Part shown: one piece after another, positions 63,842 through 64,000 of the stretch | How the letters are laid out: every line of letters begins with the position of its first letter | Numbering within the stretch: the stretch's first letter is position 1 | From: Octopus sinensis | Taxonomy: Eukaryota | Assembly (NCBI RefSeq): GCF_006345805.1 | Contig: NC_043008.1 | Span: forward strand, 70,184,001-70,248,000 | DNA length: 64,000 bases | Reading direction: 5' to 3' | The notes under the pieces: model-generated | What the model was told of the DNA's origin: nothing | Database searches by the model: none | The model's input: only the letters and a program-made list of their open reading frames with translations | Position numbers and translations under genes: made by a program

Positions 63842-64000
63842 TATATACATATATATTATATATATTTCTTTTAAATTTTACATGTATATATATCAATAAT
63901 TAGTATTCTTATATAAGTAAGTATGTATTGTTGAATATATATGTCTTCATCTATATCAGTATGTATTTGTCTATCACATTTACACACACACCAAAAACAC

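Overview
AT-rich, microsatellite-saturated animal genomic DNA. The repeat families suggest an octopod cephalopod (inference, not a database match). The only convincing host coding sequence is one 291-nt phase-1/phase-1 immunoglobulin-domain exon (1951-2241, +) resembling the second Ig domain of Dpr/zig-8-like neuronal surface proteins. The rest is probably intron or intergenic sequence filled with mobile elements. These include two tRNA-headed SINE families (A: CORE-type; B: about 40 copies flanked by (ATT)n, often head-to-tail), a (GAT)n-tailed retroposon family (C), CR1-, RTE- and R4/Dong-clade LINE fragments, a rearranged mariner, several MITEs or fold-backs and a 4.6-kb (TA)n-derived array. 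The most unusual observations are (i) a composite element joining a tRNA-like Pol III head to a minimal type I hammerhead-ribozyme motif (45554-45789), with a second unrelated hammerhead-like motif at 55816-55851; (ii) a near-perfect 317-bp palindrome (11488-11804); (iii) a 3' tail with a covarying stem-loop shared by SINE A and CR1 LINEs; and (iv) strand-opposite use of the same TAA/ATT microsatellites by SINE B and R4 LINEs. No prokaryotic genes, rRNA, intact tRNA or CRISPR arrays were seen. Most long ORFs in the track are microsatellite artefacts or antisense to LINEs. Repeat boundaries were read by eye and are approximate.
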